Source: Candidatus Methylacidiphilaceae bacterium (GTDB lineage Bacteria > Verrucomicrobiota > Verrucomicrobiia > Methylacidiphilales > Methylacidiphilaceae). Taken from it: a DNA stretch of 59,060 nucleotides. The stretch lies in assembly GCA_028710285.1 (NCBI GenBank), contig JAQTUK010000001.1, forward strand, positions 1 to 59,060. Direction: 5' to 3'. Positions within the stretch are counted from its first letter, which is position 1; every line of letters starts with the position of its first letter. The notes under the pieces were generated by a model, which saw nothing but the letters and a program-made list of their open reading frames with translations, ran no database searches and was not told the origin of the DNA. Below are positions 40,352 through 49,433 of this stretch, piece after piece. The position numbers were made by a program, and so were the translations under genes.

Positions 40352-42796
40352 TCAGTTTTTCTTCCTGTCTTTTTTCTTGGCTTTCGCTTCCAAGGAATCA
40401 GCCCGCCCCACCAGCTCGAGGAAGGAACTTCGGTAGCCGTAGGGGTCTTTCCCTTGGCCCTCTTCGGCAAGCCGCTCGACCAGCTTCCAGCTGCTCTCGC
40501 CTCTCAGGGGCGACTTTCTCAGCAACTGTCCGAAGGTCGCGACGGCCGCGGCAAAGCGGAAGTCTTCCGAGCTCTTCTCCCACTCTTGCGCGCCATCCGT
40601 GAACGGGAACTCCAGTCGCTGGCTCTTTTCCTCGTCGGGCTTCTTGTACCGAATCTTCACCGTGAGCATCTCGGCGGGAGTCCCTCTCGCAGAACGGGAA
40701 GAGTTCTCCATCTCCTCTTCGTTCGCCTTGGGCTGATACTTGAGCGGATCCACTGCCGAATGGGGCGGCCGCTCGCCATCCGCGGGAATCACCTCGTAGA
40801 GCACGGTCACCGTGTGTCCCGCTCCGACCTCTCCCGCATCCTTGGTGTCATCGTTGAAATCCTCCTTGGCCAAGAGCCTCTTCTCATAGCCGATCAGCCG
40901 GTAGGCTGAAACCTCCTTCGGGTTGAACTCGACCTGAAGCTTCACGTCCTTGGCCACGGTGAAGAGGGTTTTGTGCAGGGCCTCTCCAAAGACCTTGTGC
41001 GCCTCCTCCAGGCTGTCGATGTAGGCGTAGTTGCCGTTTCCCCGGTCGGCGAGCTTGACCAGCATCGAGTCGTTCAGGTTGTCCATGCCGAAGCCCAGGA
41101 CCGTCAGATAGATCTTCTTTTGGGCCTTCTTCGCAATCAGGTCGAGCAGCTCGCTCTGGCTCGTGGTTCCCACGTTCCAGTCGCCATCCGTCGCCAGGAT
41201 GACCCGGTTGTTCCCCTCCTTGAGGAAGTTCCTTTCCGCCAGGTCGTAGGCCATCTCGATGCCCGAGGCCCCGTTGGTCGACCCTCCAGCTTCCAACCGG
41301 TCGAGAGCCTCTCGGATCTCGTTCCTGTCGCTGGTCGGCAGGAGGACGCAGCCGCTCGCCCCCGCATAGACCACGATCCCCACCTGGTCCTTTTCCCCGA
41401 GCTGATCGACCAGATAGTCCAGGCTCTTCTTGAGTAGCGGAAGCTTGTTCGGCATGGCCATCGAGCCGGAGACATCGATCAGGAAAACGAGGTTGCTCGC
41501 CGGTACCGAGCCCGGGGGCAACTCTCTCGCCTTGATGCCGATCCGGACCAGCCTATGCTTCGGAGCCCAAGGACAGGACGCGGACTCCATGCTGACCGAG
41601 AACGGTTCGTTCTCCTTTGGTCCCGGATAGGCGTAGGGAAAATAGTTGATCAGCTCCTCGATCCGAACGGCTCCCTTCGGCGGCAAGGTCTTTTCATCGA
41701 GCAGATAACGTCGGACAATCGCATAGCTCGCCGTGTCCACGTCGGCGCTGAAGGTTGAGAGAGGGTGATCGCGCACCAGGAGGAAGCGATTTTCCTCGAT
41801 GGCGTCGAAGGAGCTCCGGTTCCACTCCCCATGGAAGCTCCGGTCCCAATCCCGGTCCCTGCCGATGCCCTCCGCAAGGTGCTTGTGGCTTGACATGAAC
41901 CCGGCAATGAATGGTAACGCCCCCCCGGTGTACGGTATAACGCCCGCGCCCGTCGCACCCTCCATAGCCCCCAAGACTTCTGGAGTGGATGCCGCCTCTT
42001 CCCCTGCCAAGGGCATGGGCGTCTGAGCAGCCTCGTTCCTGGCGGCCCGTGCGGCATTGGCCTGAGCCCGCCTCGGCTGCGCTGCCTCCACCGCCTTGGA
42101 CACCTGCGCTTGTGCCGTCTGTGGAATCGCGTGGTTCGAGTCCCCGCTTTCCGCTTGGGCACCTTGTGGCTGAGGACGGGATTGAGCCGCCATCGCCTCC
42201 TGCGAACGAGCCCGGACATCTGGCGGCAGCACGTCTTGGGGACGCGCAGGAGAAGCTGCGGCGCTGGCGATGGCCTTACCGGTCAGCTCCGGCTGGGCGC
42301 TTATGGCGCTGCGGGCCGGTTGAGGAACGGATGCGACCGCTGGCGCAGGCGGCGAGTCGATTTTTCGGTCCATGGATGCGACCGGGGCACTTTTTTGCCC
42401 CTCTGCCACGGGCACGGTGTTTCTTTGCCGCGAAGACCAGGGATGCAAAACCCAGAGGGCGAGCAAGGCGAGGGAGATCGGCACCAACGCAGGCGCCCAG
42501 CCATAGACCAAAGGGCGCCGCGGGTTCCAGGCAAGCGATCGGCTCGGTTCCCGCGCTTGCTCTTCCTTGGGCTGGAAAAGCTTCTCCGCTGTCTTTTGGA
42601 TGAATCGTCTCTGTTCTTCCCGCAGGTGGACTTGCTCTTGGGAGAACCCCTCCTCAAGGAGCCGAACCGCCTTGTGAAGCTCCCTTCCTTCCTCGTGGCT
42701 GGCAACGAGCGATGCGATCGCCGCAGCATCCTCTGGAGCGAGGTCGTCCTCTTCTCCAAAAAGAAAGTTCGTCACTTTGGGATCATGTGGATTCAT
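40352..42796 (-). CDS. Membrane-anchored YfbK-like VWA protein with anti-sigma-like N-terminus (copy 2)
   Basis: Same architecture as copy 1; ATGA overlap with sigma copy 2. Confidence 0.9.
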   Translation of the reverse strand: MNPHDPKVTNFLFGEEDDLAPEDAAAIASLVASHEEGRELHKAVRLLEEGFSQEQVHLREEQRRFIQKTAEKLFQPKEEQAREPSRSLAWNPRRPLVYGWAPALVPISLALLALWVLHPWSSRQRNTVPVAEGQKSAPVASMDRKIDSPPAPAVASVPQPARSAISAQPELTGKAIASAAASPARPQDVLPPDVRARSQEAMAAQSRPQPQGAQAESGDSNHAIPQTAQAQVSKAVEAAQPRRAQANAARAARNEAAQTPMPLAGEEAASTPEVLGAMEGATGAGVIPYTGGALPFIAGFMSSHKHLAEGIGRDRDWDRSFHGEWNRSSFDAIEENRFLLVRDHPLSTFSADVDTASYAIVRRYLLDEKTLPPKGAVRIEELINYFPYAYPGPKENEPFSVSMESASCPWAPKHRLVRIGIKARELPPGSVPASNLVFLIDVSGSMAMPNKLPLLKKSLDYLVDQLGEKDQVGIVVYAGASGCVLLPTSDRNEIREALDRLEAGGSTNGASGIEMAYDLAERNFLKEGNNRVILATDGDWNVGTTSQSELLDLIAKKAQKKIYLTVLGFGMDNLNDSMLVKLADRGNGNYAYIDSLEEAHKVFGEALHKTLFTVAKDVKLQVEFNPKEVSAYRLIGYEKRLLAKEDFNDDTKDAGEVGAGHTVTVLYEVIPADGERPPHSAVDPLKYQPKANEEEMENSSRSARGTPAEMLTVKIRYKKPDEEKSQRLEFPFTDGAQEWEKSSEDFRFAAAVATFGQLLRKSPLRGESSWKLVERLAEEGQGKDPYGYRSSFLELVGRADSLEAKAKKKDRKKN

Positions 42797-43377
42797 AGGG
42801 TTTCTCCGTCGCATCCGAAGGACATTGCCTGTAGCTCGTCTTGCAGAAGTTCCCTCAGCTTTTTGAGCCCCGCGTGGAGCAGAAAGCCGACGTTGGTGAC
42901 CGAAACGTTCATGACTTGAGCAATCTCCTTGTAAGAGAGGTCGTCTTGAAAGCGGAGCCGAATGGCCTCTCTTTGCGATCGCGTCAAGCGCTCCAGACAT
43001 TGAAGGATGCGGTTGACGAGATCTGCGCGCTCCAGCGCTCTTCGCGGAGTCGGACAGGCCGAGGGGAGGCTCATCAAAACCTCTTCCGGGACTATGGTCT
43101 TGCGCTTCCGCAGATGGTCCAAGGCGCCATGGCGCGTGACCGTGAAAAGCCAAGCTCTCCATCGTTTTCGGTGTTCTTCCGCCGCGAGAAGAGCCTCGCC
43201 CGACGGCTGCCGCTTCCGTTCGCGCAGGGCCTTTGCCAGTTTGATGAAGCTCGCTTGAACGATATCTCGAGCAGACTCCAAATCTCCGGTGAGGGTGCCG
43301 GCATAAAGAAGCAGCTTGCTTTCGCAGGCCGAAAACAGTTCGTAAAACAGGTTCGCTTCCTCAGAATCCGGATTCAT
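42793..43377 (-). CDS. ECF sigma factor (copy 2)
   Basis: 194-aa paralog of 39572..40156 with identical region 4 sequence. Confidence 0.93.
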   Translation of the reverse strand: MNPDSEEANLFYELFSACESKLLLYAGTLTGDLESARDIVQASFIKLAKALRERKRQPSGEALLAAEEHRKRWRAWLFTVTRHGALDHLRKRKTIVPEEVLMSLPSACPTPRRALERADLVNRILQCLERLTRSQREAIRLRFQDDLSYKEIAQVMNVSVTNVGFLLHAGLKKLRELLQDELQAMSFGCDGETL

Positions 43378-43389
43378 AAGCCCTCAGTA

Positions 43390-43418
43390 GGACAAACGTG
43401 GGGAAGAGGGCGTTCCTT
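43390..43418 (-). promoter_or_regulatory. Candidate autoregulatory ECF promoter (copy 2)
   Basis: GGAAC-N18-GTC, typical ECF -35/-10 geometry. Confidence 0.55.
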
Positions 43419-43538
43419 AGAAAGAATCTGCCCCGCTTCCTGGACGGATGTGACGGAGGAAAAGCGCGAAGAGGAATTGGGCTCGGCCAGTTCAGCCCAG
43501 AGGAGGGAACGAGACACCCAGCCTAAGAGCAGCGAAGT

Positions 43539-44315
43539 CTATTCCCAGCAGAGCGGAGGCGAGGGGGTATCCTCCGTCCACACATGAACGGACAGAGGGG
43601 CAAGCTTGTCCTGGTCCAGACGATCCCGGATCGCCCGTTCCGCGAGCTCAGGCCGATTGCAATCCTCGCTCAGGTGGCCCAAGACGACCGCCTCGAGCTT
43701 GCGTCGAGCCATCTCGGCCGCAATCTCCGCCGCGCTCTGGTTGGAAAGATGCCCGTGGCGGGAGAGGATTCGCTGCTTGACCGACCAGGGCCGCCGCGAA
43801 TCAGCTTGCAGAAGTCCCGGGTCGTGATTCGCTTCCAAGAGCAGCGCCCGGCACTGGCTCATCTTTTCTAAGACCAGGCGCGTGGCGTAGCCCAGGTCGG
43901 TCAAGACACCGACCGTTCCGGTCGCATGATGAAAGAGAAAGCCCACCGGATCCGCCGCATCATGCGGAACCGGAAAACTCTCGACTTCCATCTCGTCCAG
44001 CTCCAGCCGCGTCGCGGTTTCCAGTCGCCGCCAGTCGATCTTCGTCTCCTCGAAAAGGGCAAGCCAGGTCAATTCATTGCAATACAAAGGGAGGGAATGG
44101 CGCCGCAAAAAAACGCGCAAGCCGCGAGCATGGTCGGCATGCTCATGCGTCAAAAAGACTCCCGAAAGGCTCGATGGCTCAACGCCGAGCGCCTGAAGAC
44201 GTTCTTCGAGCCGACGGCCACTGAGCCCGGCATCGACCAGCCAGCGACGCCTCCCCGCCTCGAGCAGAGCCGCGTTTCCGCTGCTCCCGCTTGCGAGGAT
44301 CGTGAGCCGGAACAT
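43539..44315 (-). CDS. MBL-fold metallo-hydrolase, YycJ/WalJ-like
   Basis: LASGSSGN, THEHADH, VPHDA, TDLG, EANHD, GHLSN, GHLSEDCN. Confidence 0.92.
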   Translation of the reverse strand: MFRLTILASGSSGNAALLEAGRRRWLVDAGLSGRRLEERLQALGVEPSSLSGVFLTHEHADHARGLRVFLRRHSLPLYCNELTWLALFEETKIDWRRLETATRLELDEMEVESFPVPHDAADPVGFLFHHATGTVGVLTDLGYATRLVLEKMSQCRALLLEANHDPGLLQADSRRPWSVKQRILSRHGHLSNQSAAEIAAEMARRKLEAVVLGHLSEDCNRPELAERAIRDRLDQDKLAPLSVHVWTEDTPSPPLCWE

Positions 44316-44456
44316 CCTTTCGAGTTAGCGGAAAGGCTGGAAAGAGGCCAGCCCAAAGGAAGGAGTGGGGGGATCTTGGTCGGTGGGGAGCCGCCGGAGC
44401 CGGAGGAAGCCGCTTTTTCTCCTGGAAGGAGCGCAGCCGGATGATTAGCATATTCC

Positions 44457-45845
44457 GTGCCTTCCCTAGGCCTTTTCCAGTCTGTCCGGCTCAATCAGTC
44501 GCTCTCTCCGCAAATGCAGCAGTCTTTGGCCCTGCTGCAGGCAGCCTCGGTCGAGCTGCGTTCTGCGATTGCGCAAGAGCTCTTGGCCAACCCCGTCCTG
44601 GAAGAGGAGCTCGACGAGGTCCCCCCGGAGGAAGCGAGGGAGAATTCCCTGGAAGCCCTCGCCGAAACCGAGGAATCTTGGCGCGATTACCTGGGGCCCA
44701 CGGAGGCCAGGACCGGGATTGCCGAGGACTCCGAAGACAAACGCCAGTACTTCTTCGACTCGCAGGCGGTTCCCGAGACGCTGCCCGATTTCTTGACCCG
44801 CCAGCTCACGGCCACAACCAGCGACCGGGATCTGCTCCGCGCGGGGTTCGAGATCATCGGCAATCTCGACGCCCGAGGCTATTTGCGGGTCGACCTCGAA
44901 GAGGTCGCAAGCCGGACGGAACTCCCGCCAGACAAAACGGAGGAAGCGCTCCATCTGGTCCAAAACTTTGACCCGGCGGGGGTCGCCGCTCGCAACCTGC
45001 AAGAGTGCCTTCTCATCCAGCTCCGCCGACAGGGCAAGGGGCAGGAAGTGGAAGCCAGGATCGTGGAAGATCACCTGGAGCTCCTTGCCCGCAAAAAGCT
45101 TTCTGAAATCGCCAAGCTGCTTCGCGTTCCGCTCCCTCGAATCGCGGCCGCTGCCGGTTTCATTCGTGCCCTCCAGCCCAATCCCGGCGGCAGCTTCCGC
45201 CGAACCGAGCGGGAGGCGATCGTCGAAGTCGATCTTCGCGTGGAGAGGGTCGATGGGAAATGGACTGTCCTCACGAGCGAGGCAGCCATCCCGCGGCTAC
45301 GAATTAGCGGAGCGTATAAAGACCTCTTGCATGCCAATGGACAAGATCCCGGCTTGCGAAACTATCTCAAGGAAAAGATCCGGTCCGGCCGTTTCCTTCT
45401 TAAGTGCCTGCGCCTTCGCCAACAGACCCTTTCGGAAGTCGCTTCGGCGATCGTCGACTGCCAGACCGAGTTTTTCGATCACGGGCTCAGCCGTCTACGA
45501 CCGCTCACCATGGGAGAGATCGCCCGCCGGATTGGCATTCACGAAACAACGGTGAGCCGGGCGATCGCCAACAAGCATGTCGAAACTCCTCATGGGATTT
45601 TCGAGCTCAAGTACTTTTTCCGCCCTGGCTATCAAACAGCCAAGGGCGATCATCTTTCCAATCAGACCGTCAAGGCGGCCATCGAAGAGATGGTCCGCAA
45701 GGAAGACCCGAGAAATCCGCTTTCCGATCAGGATATCGTCGAGGTCTTCCGCCAGAAGGGGATTGCCCTTGCTCGCCGAACCGTAGCCAAATACCGGACG
45801 GCGTTGAAGATCCTTCCCTCCCACCTGCGTCGTTCGGCGGCGTGA
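44457..45845 (+). CDS. rpoN: RNA polymerase sigma54 factor
   Basis: Gln/Leu-rich region I; HETTVSRA; RpoN box ARRTVAKYR. Confidence 0.98.
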   Translation: MPSLGLFQSVRLNQSLSPQMQQSLALLQAASVELRSAIAQELLANPVLEEELDEVPPEEARENSLEALAETEESWRDYLGPTEARTGIAEDSEDKRQYFFDSQAVPETLPDFLTRQLTATTSDRDLLRAGFEIIGNLDARGYLRVDLEEVASRTELPPDKTEEALHLVQNFDPAGVAARNLQECLLIQLRRQGKGQEVEARIVEDHLELLARKKLSEIAKLLRVPLPRIAAAAGFIRALQPNPGGSFRRTEREAIVEVDLRVERVDGKWTVLTSEAAIPRLRISGAYKDLLHANGQDPGLRNYLKEKIRSGRFLLKCLRLRQQTLSEVASAIVDCQTEFFDHGLSRLRPLTMGEIARRIGIHETTVSRAIANKHVETPHGIFELKYFFRPGYQTAKGDHLSNQTVKAAIEEMVRKEDPRNPLSDQDIVEVFRQKGIALARRTVAKYRTALKILPSHLRRSAA

Positions 45846-45884
45846 AGGGAATCCAGCGGCTGCCGCGCAAGACAAAAGCGTGAC

Positions 45885-46931
45885 CTAACGGGCGTTTCCT
45901 TCGTGAATGATCGTTGGATCCAGCGGCCCGGTGACCAAAAGCTCCCCTCCCAATCCCTTCTCCTGCCTGGCGAAAAAGTGGTCGACGAGGGGATACGTCC
46001 CCGGAACCTTCGGAACGAATTCAACAAATCCGGCTCCCCCTGCCGGGACAAAAATCGAACAGCTATTCTCCATGGGGGGGGTCGCGATGCTGCCGTCCTC
46101 ATAGATGCGTTCGAAGATCGCTCCGAGCGCGTGCAGGTTGGAGGAGAAGTTCGGGCCAGCGTTCCCGAAATAAATCCGCACCTTCTGGCCGACGCGGGCG
46201 CGAAGGGGATGGCGGAGCAGCGAACCAACCGAGCCATTGAACACAAAGTAGTCCGGTTGCGCCTGCAGGATTTTCGAGAGATCGGACGCCAGCGGACCGG
46301 AGGCGCCGAAGGGGCCGGAAGTATAGATCTCCCCTTGCATGAAGTAGAATTCCCGGTCTGCCTTGGGGAGGCCGGCCGCCGGTTCCACCAGGATGAGGCC
46401 GTACATCCCGTTGGCGATGTGCTGCGAGATCACGGGCGTCCCGCAGTGGTATAGGTAGAGGCCGGGATTTAGGGCACGGAAGGTGAATACCTTCTCCGCC
46501 CCCGGGGCCGCCTGGGTGAGCGTAGCCCCACCCGAGTACCCCCACGCCGCGTGGAGGTCCACGGAGTGCACCATTCGGCTTCCGGGCTCGTTGAGAAGGT
46601 GGACCTCGACGGTGTCACCGACGCGGATCCGCAGGAAGGGGCCCGGCACTTTTCCGTCGAAGGTCCAGTACCGGAAGGTGGCCCCATCCGTCAGTCTCCC
46701 CTCGATTTCGCGAGCTTGCAGGTCGATTCGAACCAGCTTCGGGGCTCTCCTCGGCAGGGGTCCCGGAAGATCGGAAGGGTCCCGGCTGATATCGGCGGCC
46801 AGGGTGCGGGTCTCGGTTTCGGAGGCTCGACCGAGCGGGAGGGACATAGCCGGCACAATGCCGCTCAGCAACAAAAGGAGAATCCGCGTATTCCTCCACC
46901 GGGACCCGGGAGCTCCCTGTCGCGCATGCAT
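45885..46931 (-). CDS. nirK: Copper-containing nitrite reductase (NO-forming)
   Basis: HSVDLH, YLYHCGTPVISQHIANGMYG, SSNLHALG, YPLVDH; signal-like N-terminus; start uncertain. Confidence 0.92.
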   Translation of the reverse strand: MHARQGAPGSRWRNTRILLLLLSGIVPAMSLPLGRASETETRTLAADISRDPSDLPGPLPRRAPKLVRIDLQAREIEGRLTDGATFRYWTFDGKVPGPFLRIRVGDTVEVHLLNEPGSRMVHSVDLHAAWGYSGGATLTQAAPGAEKVFTFRALNPGLYLYHCGTPVISQHIANGMYGLILVEPAAGLPKADREFYFMQGEIYTSGPFGASGPLASDLSKILQAQPDYFVFNGSVGSLLRHPLRARVGQKVRIYFGNAGPNFSSNLHALGAIFERIYEDGSIATPPMENSCSIFVPAGGAGFVEFVPKVPGTYPLVDHFFARQEKGLGGELLVTGPLDPTIIHEGNAR

Positions 46932-47091
46932 CGTCACCGAGCATAGCCCTCCGAAGAGGGGAGTCAATGACCCAGTTCCTCTCTGGAGGGAGGCGATGTG
47001 CCCGTCTGCTTCCTCCGAGCTTGATCCTCTTCCTGCCGCAGGTCGACCGGCCATTCCCCGGCAAAAGCGACGCGGAGGCGGAGTTGCCCTT

Positions 47092-47131
47092 GCTATTCGA
47101 CCGTTGGCAACCGCTGCATCTCTTCGGCGGC
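47092..47131. repeat. 40-bp direct repeat, left copy (displaced gene 3' end, att-like)
   Basis: GCTATTCGACCGTTGGCAACCGCTGCATCTCTTCGGCGGC; 39/40 identical to 57541..57580. Confidence 0.95.
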
Positions 47132-47147
47132 TCGCACGCCTATCCCT

Positions 47148-48101
47148 TTAGGAGCACGCTGGATGAGCTGGCGAAGCATTCTCCGCCCTGTCCCGGATGA
47201 GCTGCGGAATGATCGAGCGGCAGAGTTCAAGGAAGGCGCGCTCTGCTAATCCCGGTCGTTTCCCCTTGAGGCTGAGAAGACCCCAGCTCCGCCGGAGCGG
47301 GCTCCGTCCTAAGGGTACCGCCACCACCTTCCCGTCCTCGACGGTTCTCGGAATCGCCCAACGAGGTAGAATGCCGATTCCCAGTCCGTACGCCGTCATG
47401 GCGCGAATCGCCTCGACGCTTCCCAGTTCCGCCAAGGTCCTCAACCGCAAGCCCTGTCGAGCAAAGTAGCGATCGACCAGCTGGTAGGTTTCACTCTCCT
47501 TTAGAGGGAGAAGGAATGCATAGCGCTCGATATCGCGCGGCGGCGCCTTTCGCCCCGCAGCCCATGGGTGAGAAGGGTTGACCGCAAAGACAAGCTCCTC
47601 TTCAAAGAGCCGCTCGAAGCGAACGGAGGCCGGCAGCCGCAGTGGGCGGGTCACCAGTGCGACTTCCACGCTCTTTCCCCTAATCAGCTCGAGGGCCGGA
47701 ATTGCGCTGACCGGCGTGATGGCCCAGGTACTCGCGGGAAAGCTCTCCTTAAACTCCCGGAGCACAGCGGGTAGCAGATCGTCGCAAGCGCTCGGGTCGG
47801 CGGCGAGCCGCAGGGATCCCGTTCCTAGGTGCTCCGATGCCTGGAGCTCCTCTCGCAAGAGGACTGTCTCCGCCAAAAGGCGCCGGCCGCGGGATAGCAG
47901 CGTCTGGCCCGCACTCGTCAGCGAAACCTGCCTCCCCGATCTCTCGAGCAACCGGGCGCCGATCTCTTGTTCCAACGCCGCCACGGCTCGGCTCACGGCC
48001 GGCTGGCTCAAGTGGAGCCGCCGACTCGCTTGCGTGAAGCTTCCGCTTTCCGCCACGGCGATGAACGCGCACACCTGCCGAAGATCGATCAGGGCTTCCA
48101 T
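47148..48101 (-). CDS. LysR-type transcriptional regulator
   Basis: AESGSFTQASRRLHLSQPAVS..LE, LTSAG; divergent from the NrtA-like gene. Confidence 0.96.
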   Translation of the reverse strand: MEALIDLRQVCAFIAVAESGSFTQASRRLHLSQPAVSRAVAALEQEIGARLLERSGRQVSLTSAGQTLLSRGRRLLAETVLLREELQASEHLGTGSLRLAADPSACDDLLPAVLREFKESFPASTWAITPVSAIPALELIRGKSVEVALVTRPLRLPASVRFERLFEEELVFAVNPSHPWAAGRKAPPRDIERYAFLLPLKESETYQLVDRYFARQGLRLRTLAELGSVEAIRAMTAYGLGIGILPRWAIPRTVEDGKVVAVPLGRSPLRRSWGLLSLKGKRPGLAERAFLELCRSIIPQLIRDRAENASPAHPACS

Positions 48102-48166
48102 CAATGTCCATTGCTTATCGCAGTTATGTTCGATCCGCAACATTGGGAATCCCGACCGAAGGCTCC

Positions 48167-48183
48167 CTGGCATAGTCCCTGCT
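48167..48183 (+). promoter_or_regulatory. sigma54 promoter of the NasS/NrtA-like gene
   Basis: CTGGCATAGTCCCTGCT; GG-N10-GC. Confidence 0.75.
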
Positions 48184-48202
48184 TCCGTGGATGCGGACCT
48201 CT

Positions 48203-49258
48203 ATGGCACAGTCTCACCGTTTCCCCGGGCGACCGAGCGTACGGGTGGGCTTTGTCCCGCTGGTCGACTGTGCTCCTTTTGCTGTTGCTGAGGAGATGGG
48301 CATTTTTCACCGCTGGGGGCTGCAGGTCCGACTCGAGCCGCAGCCGGGCTGGGCCACGATCCGGGACAAGGTACTCTACCGGGAGATCGATGCGGCACAT
48401 GCGGCCTGCGGTCTGCCCTATTCGGCGCTCCTCGGGATTGGTTGTGTCCCATCTCCGGCTCTGGTGAGCCTCGTCCTAAACCTGCAGGGAAATGTGCTCG
48501 TCCTTTCTAAGCGTCTGTGGGAAGAGGGCGTCCGAGATTCCCGCGCCTTCCGGCTCTTCGCCGCTCGGTGCGGCCGCAAGCCCGTCTTGGCCGTGGTTTC
48601 TCGCTTTTCTACGCACCATTTTCTGCTGCACTCCTGGCTCCGGAGCGGGGGGATCGACCCCGATCGGGATGTCTATATGCCGGTCCTCCCACCGGCGCAG
48701 ATGGCGGTACACTTGAAGGAGGGCTACCTCGATGGATATTGCGTCGGAGAGCCGTGGGGGTCCGCAGCGCTGGTGGAAGGCTTCGGCGCCTGCGTCGCCA
48801 CCAGCGCCGACTTGGCGCCCAACCATCCAGAAAAGGTTCTTCTCGTCCATCCCCGCTTCGCGCTCGACAATCCGGAGGCGCATACCGCCTTGGTCGGGTC
48901 CCTCCTGGAAGCCTGCTCCTGGTGCGATCTTCCGGAGAATCGCCCAGTTTTGGTCGATCTGCTCGCGAGCCGACGCTGGCTCCACCTCCCCAGAGATTGG
49001 CTGGCACCTAGCTTGTGCGGCCCCTATCCCGGTCAAGCGAGCCTCGTTGCCGGAAGCCGGTTTATGATCTTTTCGGGGGCGACGGCCAATGATCCGGGTC
49101 CCGAGCGGGAAGAGTGGATCTGGCGCAATCTCGTGGCGACCGGAGTCGTCTCCCCGACTACGACGCGCCCTTCGGCGATCTTCTGGCGGGACGCCTACCT
49201 GGCCGCCAAACGCCGGGTGCAGGTGTCGAGTGCTGCCTCCGCCGCCGCGGTCTCATAG
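48203..49258 (+). CDS. CmpA/NrtA-family nitrate-binding protein lacking signal peptide (NasS-like sensor)
   Basis: GFVPLVDCAP, WATIRD, LNLQGN, STHH, GYCVGEPW, HPEK. Confidence 0.85.
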   Translation: MAQSHRFPGRPSVRVGFVPLVDCAPFAVAEEMGIFHRWGLQVRLEPQPGWATIRDKVLYREIDAAHAACGLPYSALLGIGCVPSPALVSLVLNLQGNVLVLSKRLWEEGVRDSRAFRLFAARCGRKPVLAVVSRFSTHHFLLHSWLRSGGIDPDRDVYMPVLPPAQMAVHLKEGYLDGYCVGEPWGSAALVEGFGACVATSADLAPNHPEKVLLVHPRFALDNPEAHTALVGSLLEACSWCDLPENRPVLVDLLASRRWLHLPRDWLAPSLCGPYPGQASLVAGSRFMIFSGATANDPGPEREEWIWRNLVATGVVSPTTTRPSAIFWRDAYLAAKRRVQVSSAASAAAVS

Positions 49259-49340
49259 GAACTGCAGGAAGGAGTCATCCTTCCCTTCGTCCTTTTCCCA
49301 GGAATAGCCCGTCGACTTCGCAACCATTCTTGGACCGTAG

Positions 49341-49388
49341 ATATGCGTAATACGCATATAACATATCTGAACTATGCATATATAGCAT
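49341..49388. promoter_or_regulatory. Two ATGC-N7-GCAT (T-N11-A) LysR-type operator boxes
   Basis: Perfect palindrome ATATGCGTA-A-TACGCATAT at 49341-49359; ATGCATATATAGCAT at 49374-49388; cores 31 bp apart. Confidence 0.7.
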
Positions 49389-49406
49389 CCTTTCCAGGCG
49401 GAGAGA

Positions 49407-49422
49407 TGGCATGGCGCCTGCT
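49407..49422 (+). promoter_or_regulatory. sigma54 promoter of the nitrate/nitrite reductase operon
   Basis: TGGCATGGCGCCTGCT; GG-N10-GC. Confidence 0.8.
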
Positions 49423-49433
49423 TTTTTGAGTTC

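Larger units (their letters stand above)
37190..43420. repeat. Tandem duplication of a ~3 kb ECF sigma-VWA unit
   Basis: Near-identical DNA in sigma 3' half and VWA core; similarity extends into 5' leaders and beyond stops; boundaries approximate. Confidence 0.9.

Noticed and set aside
42797-43162. N-terminal extension giving a 936-aa VWA protein
   Set aside because: Overlaps the sigma gene in another frame; the paralog and the ATGA overlap place the start at 42796
47038-47053. sigma54-like or FNR-like site upstream of nirK
   Set aside because: TGGCCGGTCGACCTGC has GG-N11-GC spacing, off by one; the nearby TTGAT has no ATCAA half-site
48203-49258. Calling this a periplasmic ABC nitrate-binding protein (nrtA/nasF)
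   Set aside because: No signal or Tat peptide and no ABC permease/ATPase genes; uptake is covered by the MFS transporter
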